Positions 26,039 through 34,891 of a stretch of DNA of 64,000 nucleotides are shown here, one piece after another. Numbering within the stretch: the first letter of the stretch is position 1; each line of letters opens with the position of its first letter. Source of the DNA: a bacterium (GTDB taxonomy: Bacteria > SZUA-182 > DTGQ01 > JAFGSM01); contig JBLIRN010000014.1 in NCBI GenBank assembly GCA_049472315.1, positions 1 through 64,000 on the forward strand, given 5' to 3'. The notes under the pieces were generated by a model. That model was not told the origin of the DNA and made no database searches. It was given only the letters and a program-made list of their open reading frames with translations. A program made the position numbers and the translations under genes.

Positions 26039-28246
26039 TCACGGTGATTTCACGGCAAGTTCGACGCCCTTCTGCATGCCAGGTCTTCTCCGCTGCACTA
26101 TCTTTGTTTTCTTATCGGTATCTCGGCCGGTTTTTTTCTCCTCTAGTACCTTCAAGAGGGCATTCACCACCTGCGCATCGAACTGAGTGCCCGACCCCTC
26201 CTTGATGATCTGGAGGGTGCGCTCCTTTCCCATTCCCTCCCGATAGGGCCTGTCCGAGATAAGGGCATCGTATACATCCGCCACGGACAGGATACGCGCC
26301 CCAAGGCAGATGTCTTCGCCGGAAATACCGTGGGGATATCCCTTCCCGTCAAACCTTTCATGGTGCTGCAATCCCATGGGGATGATGTCTTTATAGGCAG
26401 CGATGGGTTCCAGGATGCGGGCGCCGGTCGCCGGATGCTGCTTTATGATGGCGAATTCCTCGTCCGTGAGCCTTCCCGGCTTGTCGAGGATCTCAGCAGG
26501 GACCCCGATCTTGCCGATGTCATGGAGCAACCCTCCCCGATGGAGGTCCTCAAGTTCCTTTTCACTGAGGCCCATGACCTTCCCCAGCTTCAATGCCATT
26601 TCCGTGACCCGCTCCGAGTGGCCGGCGGTCCAGGGGGACTTTGCATCAACCGTGCGGGCAAGGGCCTTCAAAGCGCCCCAGTTCAGATTATCCAGCTCCT
26701 CGATGAGGTGGGCGTTGGACAGGGCGACCGCCACCTGGTCAGCAAGCTGCCTGACCTGGAGGAGATCCTCATCACTGGGCTCATGGACCTCGAAGGTGCC
26801 GAGTGCGATAGTCCCTGCCATCCTTTGACTGATAAACAGAGGGAGCAGTATCGCCGATTCGACCCCTCTGTTTTTAAAGGATTCGAGCAAACCGGGTAAC
26901 TCCTCCTTTGTTTTCAGCGTGAGCGTCTCTCGATGCTCCGCAAGCATCTCCAGGTCGTCCCGCTGTATCTCCACATCCTCGCAAGCGCGATTCGAGGCCC
27001 CGTGGCCGGTGTACACACGGGCCATGCAGCAGCCCTTGGATTGAAGGTCGAACAAGAGGACACTCACCAGATCATAGTTGCATACCTTGTGCATGGTGGA
27101 GATGACCGTGCCGATGATCTCTTCCGTGTCCAGGGAGGACAGGATGGCGCGGTCGATATCGGCCATGGTGGTCAGGGCGTTGAACTGCCTGCCGAGTTGC
27201 CGTGCCATGAAGTTGAAGGATGATCCGAGTTCCTCGAATTCATCCTTGCTCGTTACCGTGACCCTGGTCTCGAAATCCTTCATGGCAATGCGTCTGGTCC
27301 CCTCCTTGAGCTTCTCGAGCGGGGTCATGGTCTTGCGTATCTGTATCACGCTCAGCAGCACGACCACCAGGAGGGAAAGCAGGATAAAGAGGGGAAATAT
27401 CTTCTTGAAATAGGCAAGCGGGGCGAAGACGTCATCCTTGGCGGTGCTGGTGATGATCGTCCACTTCGGCTCAAAGAATTCATATTTCAGAAAGATCGGC
27501 CAAAAACACCCCAGAAACTCCCTTCCTTTGTAATCCCATTCGAACTGCTCCGAAAAGTACCGGCTCGCCTTTGCAGCCAGTGTCTTGCGAAACGAGGGGG
27601 ACACCGGATGGGAGGAAAAGATCACGTTCTCAGACTCGTCCATGACACACAGCTCGGTGAGCCCGGGCAGCGAATCGGACTCTAAAAGGCCCCAGAGGTA
27701 CATGGAGTCGACTTCCGCATGGATGAGCCCCTTTGCAGGATCCTCGGGGTCAACAGGACTGATCATGAACACGCACAATTTGTCCTTGTTCCCATTCTCA
27801 TACTCGGTTACTATAAGCGCCTTACCGGAGCGCAGATGTTCACGCTGTGCATCGGACAGCCGGATTGGTGCATGTTGATCACCGAACACCGGGATCAGTG
27901 CGCCGGCATGGGTCTGCAGCGCCAGCGTGATGAACCGCCCCTTCAACCCCTCGATTCCTGCATGTGATGGAAGCGGGGTGGATGATCCGCGTATCTCATT
28001 CATGCCCGAGGAGAGGACGTTCAACTGGGTTTCAAGAAACAGGAGACGTTCCATTACGGACATGCCGATGGATTTACTCGATCTGCGCAGCCTCAACCGG
28101 CTTTGCGACTCAAGCTGCTTCGATACCTGGGTGAATGAGATGACGGAGATCGCTACGAGCGGGATCAGTGCGCAGAGTATAAACAATGCGAATATCCGGC
28201 GTGCAACCTTGCTCTTCAGGAATGTCTCGTCGATTCGTATCCCCAT
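26039..28246 (-). CDS. Transmembrane HD-GYP c-di-GMP phosphodiesterase (periplasmic Cache-like sensor, HAMP, GAF, HD-GYP)
   Basis: Two TM helices; HAMP (PLEKLKEG...DEFEELGSSFN); GAF (LADQVAVAL); GHSERV, LLHDIGK, HHERFDGKGYP, VADVYDAL. Confidence 0.92.
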   Translation of the reverse strand: MGIRIDETFLKSKVARRIFALFILCALIPLVAISVISFTQVSKQLESQSRLRLRRSSKSIGMSVMERLLFLETQLNVLSSGMNEIRGSSTPLPSHAGIEGLKGRFITLALQTHAGALIPVFGDQHAPIRLSDAQREHLRSGKALIVTEYENGNKDKLCVFMISPVDPEDPAKGLIHAEVDSMYLWGLLESDSLPGLTELCVMDESENVIFSSHPVSPSFRKTLAAKASRYFSEQFEWDYKGREFLGCFWPIFLKYEFFEPKWTIITSTAKDDVFAPLAYFKKIFPLFILLSLLVVVLLSVIQIRKTMTPLEKLKEGTRRIAMKDFETRVTVTSKDEFEELGSSFNFMARQLGRQFNALTTMADIDRAILSSLDTEEIIGTVISTMHKVCNYDLVSVLLFDLQSKGCCMARVYTGHGASNRACEDVEIQRDDLEMLAEHRETLTLKTKEELPGLLESFKNRGVESAILLPLFISQRMAGTIALGTFEVHEPSDEDLLQVRQLADQVAVALSNAHLIEELDNLNWGALKALARTVDAKSPWTAGHSERVTEMALKLGKVMGLSEKELEDLHRGGLLHDIGKIGVPAEILDKPGRLTDEEFAIIKQHPATGARILEPIAAYKDIIPMGLQHHERFDGKGYPHGISGEDICLGARILSVADVYDALISDRPYREGMGKERTLQIIKEGSGTQFDAQVVNALLKVLEEKKTGRDTDKKTKIVQRRRPGMQKGVELAVKSP

Positions 28247-28255
28247 TAATCCCTC

Positions 28256-28852
28256 TTAGAATTCGGATGCAAGCCCCACGAATGCCCCATTGCTTGCCCG
28301 AATGACGTCGTCGTAACTCACTTTTGCATCAATGCCCGGCTCGCTCAACCCATCCTTCCCCATGCTGAAGAGGTCGTAGTCGGTATTGAGCGGCTTGAGA
28401 AAACGGCACTGTCGCATCTTGCCCTCGACCCCTTTATGGGCGCTGTCATAGGGGTTATACTGATAAAGGTTTCCCCAGGGATCTCTCTGGCTCCCGAAGT
28501 GGATGTCATCGAGCGTCTGCGGCAGGTCGTCGTTGTTCAATTCGAAGGTGGGGTTGTCGGTGTCCACCTGGTATGACCAGATATCCCTCTCCATGACCCG
28601 GATCTCGGTGATTGCCCGCGCCACCCGTGTCTTGTAGAGGTAGTTGGTATATGAGGGAACGGCAATGGCGCCCAGGGTGGCGACGATCGTGACGGTGATG
28701 AGTATCTCAACCATGGTGAATCCATGCGGAGATCCCTTTCCAAGGAATTCCGTTAGGGTGAATCTCCTTCGACATATATGCCGTGTCCGAGCGGCAGTGA
28801 CCCCTTTTAAAAGATCACCCCTGCTATGAAGCCGGTTGTTTCGATCCACCAT
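28256..28852 (-). CDS. Orphan type IV pilin/GspG-like prepilin
   Basis: Start revised to ATG 28852 (AAGGAGG RBS); G|FTMVEILITVTIVATLGAIAVP type III signal; GspG-like DPWGNLYQY and YDLFSMGKDG motifs. Confidence 0.85.
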   Translation of the reverse strand: MVDRNNRLHSRGDLLKGVTAARTRHICRRRFTLTEFLGKGSPHGFTMVEILITVTIVATLGAIAVPSYTNYLYKTRVARAITEIRVMERDIWSYQVDTDNPTFELNNDDLPQTLDDIHFGSQRDPWGNLYQYNPYDSAHKGVEGKMRQCRFLKPLNTDYDLFSMGKDGLSEPGIDAKVSYDDVIRASNGAFVGLASEF

Positions 28853-29132
28853 TGTCCCTCCTTGTATCGCTCCGACGAAAAGGCACCGGAGCGGAGAACT
28901 CATTGCCCTGCGCTCGATGGATATATCTTTATATTTATCGGATAAATCACCCGGTTGTATCGGCATCCTCTTCACAAACAACCGATTTTGGGGTAATTGT
29001 GAGATGATCGGCATGCAGTGAAGTTATTTTCATAGAAACTGGTTCTGTGGTAATTTTTTCACACTCCCGCGAAAAGTATGAACACCCGACATGGCAATCC
29101 CTGACCCTTGTGGACGCAATCTATTCTTTGTA

Positions 29133-29190
29133 AATCAGCATATTATGTCGTTTCCGCCATGGGATGCACAAACACGGAATGCTTCTTGCA
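29133..29190 (+). promoter_or_regulatory. Putative sigma-54 promoter with an upstream IHF site
   Basis: CGGAATGCTTCTTGCA (29175-29190, GG-N10-GC) preceded by AATCAGCATATTA (29133-29145), matching the IHF consensus WATCARNNNNTTR. Confidence 0.45.
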
Positions 29191-29442
29191 TATAATCCAT
29201 CCGATCCGTATCACTGGGTTTAACCGATAAAGAGATAACGTGCGACGGATTCCTGATAAAGGACATGCCGCACTATCAGAGATTCTTACCGAAGGTTCGA
29301 GCGTGCATTCCTTAGGATTGGCATTGCGCCGGCCAAGGAGGTTGCAGCATCGGCCGGCCTATCACGAGCCTGTTTGGGTGAGGTTGGGAAGAACGTCCCT
29401 GGAGAGCTTTACAACCGGCGATCTTAGTGACGGAGGAACCAT

Positions 29443-30639
29443 ATGCACGCGGACAGGCTGGACGATTTCAACTGGAACCAATCGGTGCCCCACATCCTGG
29501 TGGTGGATGACGACTTTTCCGTGAGGAAATTTCTGGGGAAGGTCCTTCAGAAAGAGGGGTACACGGTTTCCACCGCGGAAAACGGGGGAGAGGGATTTCA
29601 CAAGGCCCTCACCCTGAATCCCGACCTGATCATCCTGGATGTCATGATGCCCGACATGGATGGTTTCGAGGTCTGCAGCAAGCTCCAGTCGGATGAAAAG
29701 ACCAAAAACATTCCCGTCATCTTCCTGACCGTTCGAAATGAACACGAGGATAAGCTCCGCGGCTTGAACCTGGGGGCGGTCGATTACCTGGAAAAACCGG
29801 TGAATATCAGGGAGATGCTTGCGAGGGTCAATACCCAGATTCGCCTGCACACCCTTTATAAAAGAAATCTCGCATACGAGCAGGCATTGATCGAGACCGA
29901 GAATCTGAACTGCAACCGGATCTTCATCAAGGGGGTTGCCCACAATTTCAACAATCTCCTCACCGTGGCGGTCGGGTATATCAAGTTCATGCAGGAGCGA
30001 TCCAACTTTTCCGAGAAGGACATGGAGTATCTCCATCGGGTTGACACAAGCCTGGAGCGGATACAGAGCCTCATCCACCAGATGTTCTATCTTACGGAGG
30101 TTTTTGCATCGGATGTCAAACGATTCGATGTGGAGAAGATACTCAACGATTTTCTGTTCGCCGCACGACTTCACTGGCCGAATATGGTGATCAGCGTGAA
30201 CAACAAGCTTAATCCAAAGACCGAGCTGTTGTGTGACCAGGCGCAGATCATCAAGGCATTGACCCTGCTCATACAAAATTCCTACGAGGTGGCCGGTAAG
30301 AAATGCGAGGCGATTATCGAGGTTTATGAATCGGACGAGGATTTGGGGAATGGCTACTTTTTAAACAAAACAAAATCCATATGTATTGCCATCAAGGACT
30401 TCGGGCCGGGTTTTACCGAAACCGCACTTAAATACGCCACCCATCCCTTCTTCAGCACCAAGAATACCGTGGGGGTGGGATTAGGCCTCTCCATCGTTCA
30501 AAAGGTAGTCAGGGACTACGGCGGGAAACTGAGCATTGCGAATGATCCGAAGGGTGGCGCAGTGGTGACCATGGCCTTTCCCGTGAATGCCACCAAGATC
30601 GAACAACTGGTAAAAACGGAGGCCATGGAGCCCTATTGA
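29443..30639 (+). CDS. Hybrid receiver-histidine kinase
   Basis: ILVVDDD...LDVMMP...YLEKP receiver; GVAHNFNNLL H-box; DFGPG, PFFSTK, GVGLGL. Confidence 0.88.
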   Translation: MHADRLDDFNWNQSVPHILVVDDDFSVRKFLGKVLQKEGYTVSTAENGGEGFHKALTLNPDLIILDVMMPDMDGFEVCSKLQSDEKTKNIPVIFLTVRNEHEDKLRGLNLGAVDYLEKPVNIREMLARVNTQIRLHTLYKRNLAYEQALIETENLNCNRIFIKGVAHNFNNLLTVAVGYIKFMQERSNFSEKDMEYLHRVDTSLERIQSLIHQMFYLTEVFASDVKRFDVEKILNDFLFAARLHWPNMVISVNNKLNPKTELLCDQAQIIKALTLLIQNSYEVAGKKCEAIIEVYESDEDLGNGYFLNKTKSICIAIKDFGPGFTETALKYATHPFFSTKNTVGVGLGLSIVQKVVRDYGGKLSIANDPKGGAVVTMAFPVNATKIEQLVKTEAMEPY

Positions 30640-30695
30640 TACGGTCCCTGGAAGGAAAACTCAGGAGCACATTTCCATTGATGGGCATGAGACAC

Positions 30696-30733
30696 AAAAA
30701 GGCCCGGGGTCATCAGACCTCGGGCCTTTTTTT
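30696..30733. terminator. Bidirectional rho-independent terminator
   Basis: AAAAAGGCCCGGGGTC-ATCA-GACCTCGGGCCTTTTTTT between convergent genes. Confidence 0.85.
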
Positions 30734-30746
30734 ACCTTGACGGGAA

Positions 30747-31358
30747 TTAGTATCCCAGGATCTGAGCTGCAGTCAGCAGTGATGAAAAGGCCGGCGTTGG
30801 ATTGATCAAGGAGGCCAGCCACGGATTCAACCCAGTGAGATTCGGAGGCAGCGTGAGATTGTAGGCAGCAAGGGCCAGCGTCGGATATTGTGCCACATAG
30901 GCCAGATTGGCTGTCGGCAGGTTCGACTGGATCCACAGGGGATCGGTTGCCGGGAGCAGATTGAAACCCGTAGGCAGGCCCAGCGGTAATGCACCGCCTA
31001 TTGTAGGATTCAACGCATATGACGGCGGCCAGGCGTTTATTCCGTAAATGATATCGTAATATTGCATCCCTACCGGTGAATTATACAGGAAGTAGGGATA
31101 GCTGATCGCCGGGTTCCACGCCAGTCCTGGCTGTACAGGAAGCGTTGTCGATGGAAAGAGGTTGCTCACGATGGGTGTCGGCAGCCCGGTGGTCGCACTG
31201 ACCGGAGACAGGGCGGGTGACCAGAGGGGCCACAAGAAATTGTAGGGCGGCATTGCGGTCCATGTCTGTGCAGTTGCCAGCCTGTTTCCCAAAAGCCCAA
31301 AGACAACCATGACAACACAGATGAAAACAACGGTTCTGATAGTGCTTTTTAATGACAT
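30747..31358 (-). CDS. Secreted Pro/Leu/aromatic-rich protein, nearly uncharged
   Basis: Start ATG 31358 with AAGGAG RBS; signal peptide ending ATA|Q; mature QTWTAMPPYNFLWPLWSPALSP... Confidence 0.75.
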   Translation of the reverse strand: MSLKSTIRTVVFICVVMVVFGLLGNRLATAQTWTAMPPYNFLWPLWSPALSPVSATTGLPTPIVSNLFPSTTLPVQPGLAWNPAISYPYFLYNSPVGMQYYDIIYGINAWPPSYALNPTIGGALPLGLPTGFNLLPATDPLWIQSNLPTANLAYVAQYPTLALAAYNLTLPPNLTGLNPWLASLINPTPAFSSLLTAAQILGY

Positions 31359-31551
31359 ACCATATACTCCTTTTGTTTTATCGTATACCCCAACCAACAG
31401 AAACAACTCGTCCACTGTTCCTTTCGTGTTCTTGTGTTCATCTCCTTTAGGCAACACCCCCTTATCAATTCATCTTGATCGGAGCACCTTACCATCGAAG
31501 GCGCCGCAGCCTTTCGGCATGTCTTTATGGGTTATCGGTAACCTGTTACAG

Positions 31552-32013
31552 CTACTGGAGCAATACCCAGCTCAGGTAGAAGTCCGGTGTTCCATAGGTA
31601 TACGAAGGATAACTAAACCGCGTGTAAGGAAGCGGGGTGCCGGGCAGCGTGGTAAAGGGATATGTGGTCGTATAGGGTGAACCCATATAAGGATATGTCT
31701 CCTTACCAAAAAAGTTGTATAAATAGTTCTGATATGGGTTTAAAAAGGGATTAGCATAGTAATATCCAAGCAGGTTCCCCGGAATGGGGGGAAAAAATCC
31801 GTATCCGAGGTTATAAAAGGGATCGGTAATCGAGTTGAAATACCCATAATTGCTGAAGGCCAATGGACTTGTGTAATAATAGGTAACGGGCGGAAGGTAT
31901 GTCGGATCGTAGTTTCCCGGATACACCTGCGCGGGTGCCTGAACGGCCAGCAGGCACAGGACAATCAAAACAAGACCCGTCAACCAGACCCTCTCGCAGC
32001 CCCCTTTTTTCAT
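31552..32013 (-). CDS. Secreted Tyr/Pro/Thr-rich low-complexity protein
   Basis: MKKGG...AVQAPA|QVYPGNY; purine-rich RBS; alternative starts 32019/32022. Confidence 0.75.
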   Translation of the reverse strand: MKKGGCERVWLTGLVLIVLCLLAVQAPAQVYPGNYDPTYLPPVTYYYTSPLAFSNYGYFNSITDPFYNLGYGFFPPIPGNLLGYYYANPFLNPYQNYLYNFFGKETYPYMGSPYTTTYPFTTLPGTPLPYTRFSYPSYTYGTPDFYLSWVLLQ

Positions 32014-32317
32014 AATCATCATCCTCTCTCTCCCATCAGGATCTCCGAATGTTGATTCCTATATCTTCAACACTCTATGCGTTAATCACGTTAATGGGTT
32101 CTCATGACGTAAGGATTGCGTTTAAGGATTTGCATGCGTGAAAAGGTATGCGCGTATCACCTCCAAACATCGATCATATTGATTTAAATGATAAAATCTA
32201 TAACAATTTAAATTTTGCGCTCATTATTGAGATGAGGTAAATAGGCATACGTCTACAGTTCCCCATTTATAATAATTATACCATACCACCATGAATTTGC
32301 AAAGAAATTACCTTAAA

Positions 32318-32623
32318 CTATTTCTTTAACGAATGGCCTATTTTATCTTCCAGTGATTCAAGTTTTCTGTCTATTCTCGATGCTGAATCCGACCGGTCAT
32401 CAATCGTGATGGTGGTGACGACCCGGCAACCTTTCTTTCTCACCGCATCATGGCAGCATTTTATAAGGTCCATGATCTCGTCCCAACGACCCTCCACAAC
32501 TGTCCCCATCGGATTCACGCGATACTCAAGGCCGCTGTTGTGGACGATTTCTACAGCCAGGGAAACCAGGCCGCTCAGACTTTCACCCTCGCCCACGGGA
32601 ATGATGCTGAATTCCGCCAACAT
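32318..32623 (-). CDS. MTH1187/UPF0045 family thiamine-binding protein
   Basis: MLAEFSIIPVG, SGLEYRVNPMGTVVEG, RVVTTITIDDR; AAGGAGG RBS. Confidence 0.88.
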   Translation of the reverse strand: MLAEFSIIPVGEGESLSGLVSLAVEIVHNSGLEYRVNPMGTVVEGRWDEIMDLIKCCHDAVRKKGCRVVTTITIDDRSDSASRIDRKLESLEDKIGHSLKK

Positions 32624-32738
32624 TGCCTCTCCTCCTTTCAATGATCGGTTTCCATACAGGAGTGATCAAGGGCTCCCTGCCGGCATCCAGGGCCTCGCTA
32701 TTGTTTGCCGACCCGTTGCTATAGTAGCATAAGGAGTG

Positions 32739-33266
32739 GCCATGAATAAAGGACATTCAATGCTCACCCTTGTGCTCAATGGGTTGTTTCTCCTCGTTGT
32801 TGCAGCAGGCCTCCTGGGCATCGCGCGCTCTGCCGTACCAGGTGCGGCATGGTACGGGGGGATATGGGCGGCGTGGAGCATGGCGAATTATCTCTATATC
32901 ATTCGAATAAGACTCTGCCGCAATTGCTCCTATTACGGCCTGCCGTGCCCCTTGGGATGGGGGAGGATCGTTCCCCTTTTGTGCGACCGGGGTGATCCCC
33001 ATATGTTCGGAAGGATGCGCTGGCCCGTGGTCTATCTTCTCTCCTATGCGGGGATCCCTCCTGTTTTCATGACCATCTCCCTTTTTTTTGAGCCGGATCC
33101 CTATGTCATCGGTGCATTGATCGCCTTCACCTTCGTAGGTGTCCTCATGTGTATAGCCGCCCGAAAATGGTGCTGCACAAGATGCCTGATGGCATCCCAT
33201 TGCCTGTTGAGCAGGATCGGTCGCGTGGTGAGACATCCCTTCAATATCACACAATACCACACCTGA
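32739..33266 (+). CDS. Four-TM membrane protein with two Cys clusters
   Basis: LCRNCSYYGLPCPLGWG and WCCTRCLMASHC; AAGGAG RBS. Exact start uncertain (about 32736-32742). Confidence 0.7.
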   Translation, partial: AMNKGHSMLTLVLNGLFLLVVAAGLLGIARSAVPGAAWYGGIWAAWSMANYLYIIRIRLCRNCSYYGLPCPLGWGRIVPLLCDRGDPHMFGRMRWPVVYLLSYAGIPPVFMTISLFFEPDPYVIGALIAFTFVGVLMCIAARKWCCTRCLMASHCLLSRIGRVVRHPFNITQYHT

Positions 33267-33418
33267 AATCCCAGAAATCCCAGGATCTGTTGCCTGAATG
33301 GGCAATATCGTGTACACTGTAAGCATATGGGGCGTTCGGCCGCGGGGCACCTGGAGGTGCCCTGCCCCAGGGCAGGATTCGATTGCGGGCGCACCCGGCA
33401 TGCCTGGAGGATGACACC

Positions 33419-33838
33419 GTGGCGGTCGTTACACGAGAGCTTACCCTTAAGACAAAGGGGAACACAGACATCCTGGATATCACCCCCTCTGTTCGGGAGG
33501 AGGTGAAGGAGTCGGGCGTCAAGGATGGGGTTGCGGTCGTGTTTGTCCCCGGTTCCACTGCGGGTGTCACCACTATCGAGTATGAATCGGGGGTATTGCA
33601 GGACCTTTCCGAGGCCATTGAGCGAATGGCCCCCCGATCCATCCGCTATCACCATGACGCCCGGTGGGGTGACGGTAACGGATTTGCCCATGTCCGCGCG
33701 GCGCTCCTGGGCCCGTCCCTGACCATTCCCTTCAGCGACGGAAGGCTCCTTCTCGGCACATGGCAGCAGATCGTGATCATCGATTTCGACAATCGCCCCC
33801 GCCAGCGCACCATCCTGATACAGATCCTGGGCGAATAA
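33419..33838 (+). CDS. yjbQ: YjbQ/UPF0047 family protein (secondary thiamine-phosphate synthase-like)
   Basis: GTG start after GGAGG; DITP, FVPGSTAG, YHHD, NGFAHVRA, LGTWQQI, DFDNRPRQR. Confidence 0.9.
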   Translation: MAVVTRELTLKTKGNTDILDITPSVREEVKESGVKDGVAVVFVPGSTAGVTTIEYESGVLQDLSEAIERMAPRSIRYHHDARWGDGNGFAHVRAALLGPSLTIPFSDGRLLLGTWQQIVIIDFDNRPRQRTILIQILGE

Positions 33839-33887
33839 CGAACCGACGGCCTGCTTTACCCATGTATGGCACCAAGGGGTTATAACA

Positions 33888-34496
33888 ATGACGAGAAGGA
33901 TCGCGCAGGCGATTGCGGCCTCCCCACCCCCTGCCAAGCTTTTTATGGGGCTTATCCTTTCGCAACACAGCAGCCTCGACGAGATCGCCGCACGCCTTGC
34001 CGACCGCTTCGGTCCGATCGACGCCGAGAGCCCGGTGCACTCCTTCGATCATACCGGCTACTATTGCGAGGAAATGGGCCCGTACCTGAAGAGGAAATTT
34101 GTGTGTTTTCACACCCTGGTCCATGCAGACCATCTTGCAGACATAAAATGCCGCACCAACGAGATGGAGGCATTGATCGGCGAGATGAGGGGAAAAAGGC
34201 TCATGCGCAGGGTAAATATGGATCCCGGCATCCTCACCCTTTCGAATGTCGTTCTGGCCACAACCAAGAACCACGCACACCGCATCTATCTCTCGCAGGG
34301 GATTTTTGCGGAGGTCACCCTGATCTATTCGAGGAGGGCGGGCTGGCAGCCGCTTGACTGGACATACCCGGACTACCGGACGCCCGTGGCCCTTGATTTC
34401 TTCAACACCGCTCGGGAACGATATCACCGTCAGATAAGGGATCTCACCGGCACGGACGGATCGGGCAATCTTGACAAACACCAGGACCGGGATTAA
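33888..34496 (+). CDS. DUF4416 family protein
   Basis: FDHTGYYCEEMG, RRVNMDPG, VLATTKNHAHRIYL, WTYPDY. Confidence 0.85.
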   Translation: MTRRIAQAIAASPPPAKLFMGLILSQHSSLDEIAARLADRFGPIDAESPVHSFDHTGYYCEEMGPYLKRKFVCFHTLVHADHLADIKCRTNEMEALIGEMRGKRLMRRVNMDPGILTLSNVVLATTKNHAHRIYLSQGIFAEVTLIYSRRAGWQPLDWTYPDYRTPVALDFFNTARERYHRQIRDLTGTDGSGNLDKHQDRD

Positions 34497-34499
34497 ACT
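34471..34499 (+). promoter_or_regulatory. Putative sigma-70 promoter reading into repeat copy 2 and the nitroreductase-nadK-recN genes
   Basis: TTGACA (34471-34476)-N17-TAAACT (34494-34499). Confidence 0.6.
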
Positions 34500-34569
34500 G
34501 CTTTTTGAGAGTAATTCCATGATGTTTTGCTGACTGCCCACCCTGCGCTGCAAGTAATATGGGATTATG

Positions 34570-34851
34570 CGGGAAAGGGGGATGCGCCCGTGTGCCTGCA
34601 GACGAGCACTACAGCCTGTGGGCAAGCTGAGGATTAGCACGCCAACCGAACTTTGTCAGAGCGGAGCGAGGCGAAGCTACTATAAAAAGGCTTCTTTTGA
34701 AAAGCTGAAAGGCTTGCTTCATTTCGAGCCCGAAGGGCGAGTTGAGGCGTGCCCGAAGCGAGCCTTATAGGCAAAGGTGACTGGAAGGAGCAATATAGCA
34801 GCTCCGATTCGCTCCGCCTCACGAAGTTTTTTTGGCGCATCCCCCTTCCCG
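34570..34851. repeat. Palindromic intergenic repeat, copy 2 (expanded form, inverted relative to copy 1)
   Basis: 14-bp perfect terminal inverted repeat AAGGGGGATGCGCC (34575-34588)/GGCGCATCCCCCTT (34834-34847); collinear with the reverse complement of 18097-18262 plus two extra segments. Confidence 0.85.
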
Positions 34852-34891
34852 GAGAATATTGAGCAGTCACATTTTTATTAAGAAGCCGGCT

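Noticed and set aside
28853..29014. Longer 252-aa version of the pilin ORF
   Set aside because: A strong AAGGAGG RBS precedes ATG 28852; the extension is unsupported.
29090..29125. GGCAAT...GGACGCAA resembling a c-di-GMP-I riboswitch
   Set aside because: No GNRA-capped P2 stem or P3 pairing could be built.
33270..33418. TPP riboswitch near the thiamine-related genes
   Set aside because: The conserved CUGAGA and CCUGAU...AAUGCC segments are absent.
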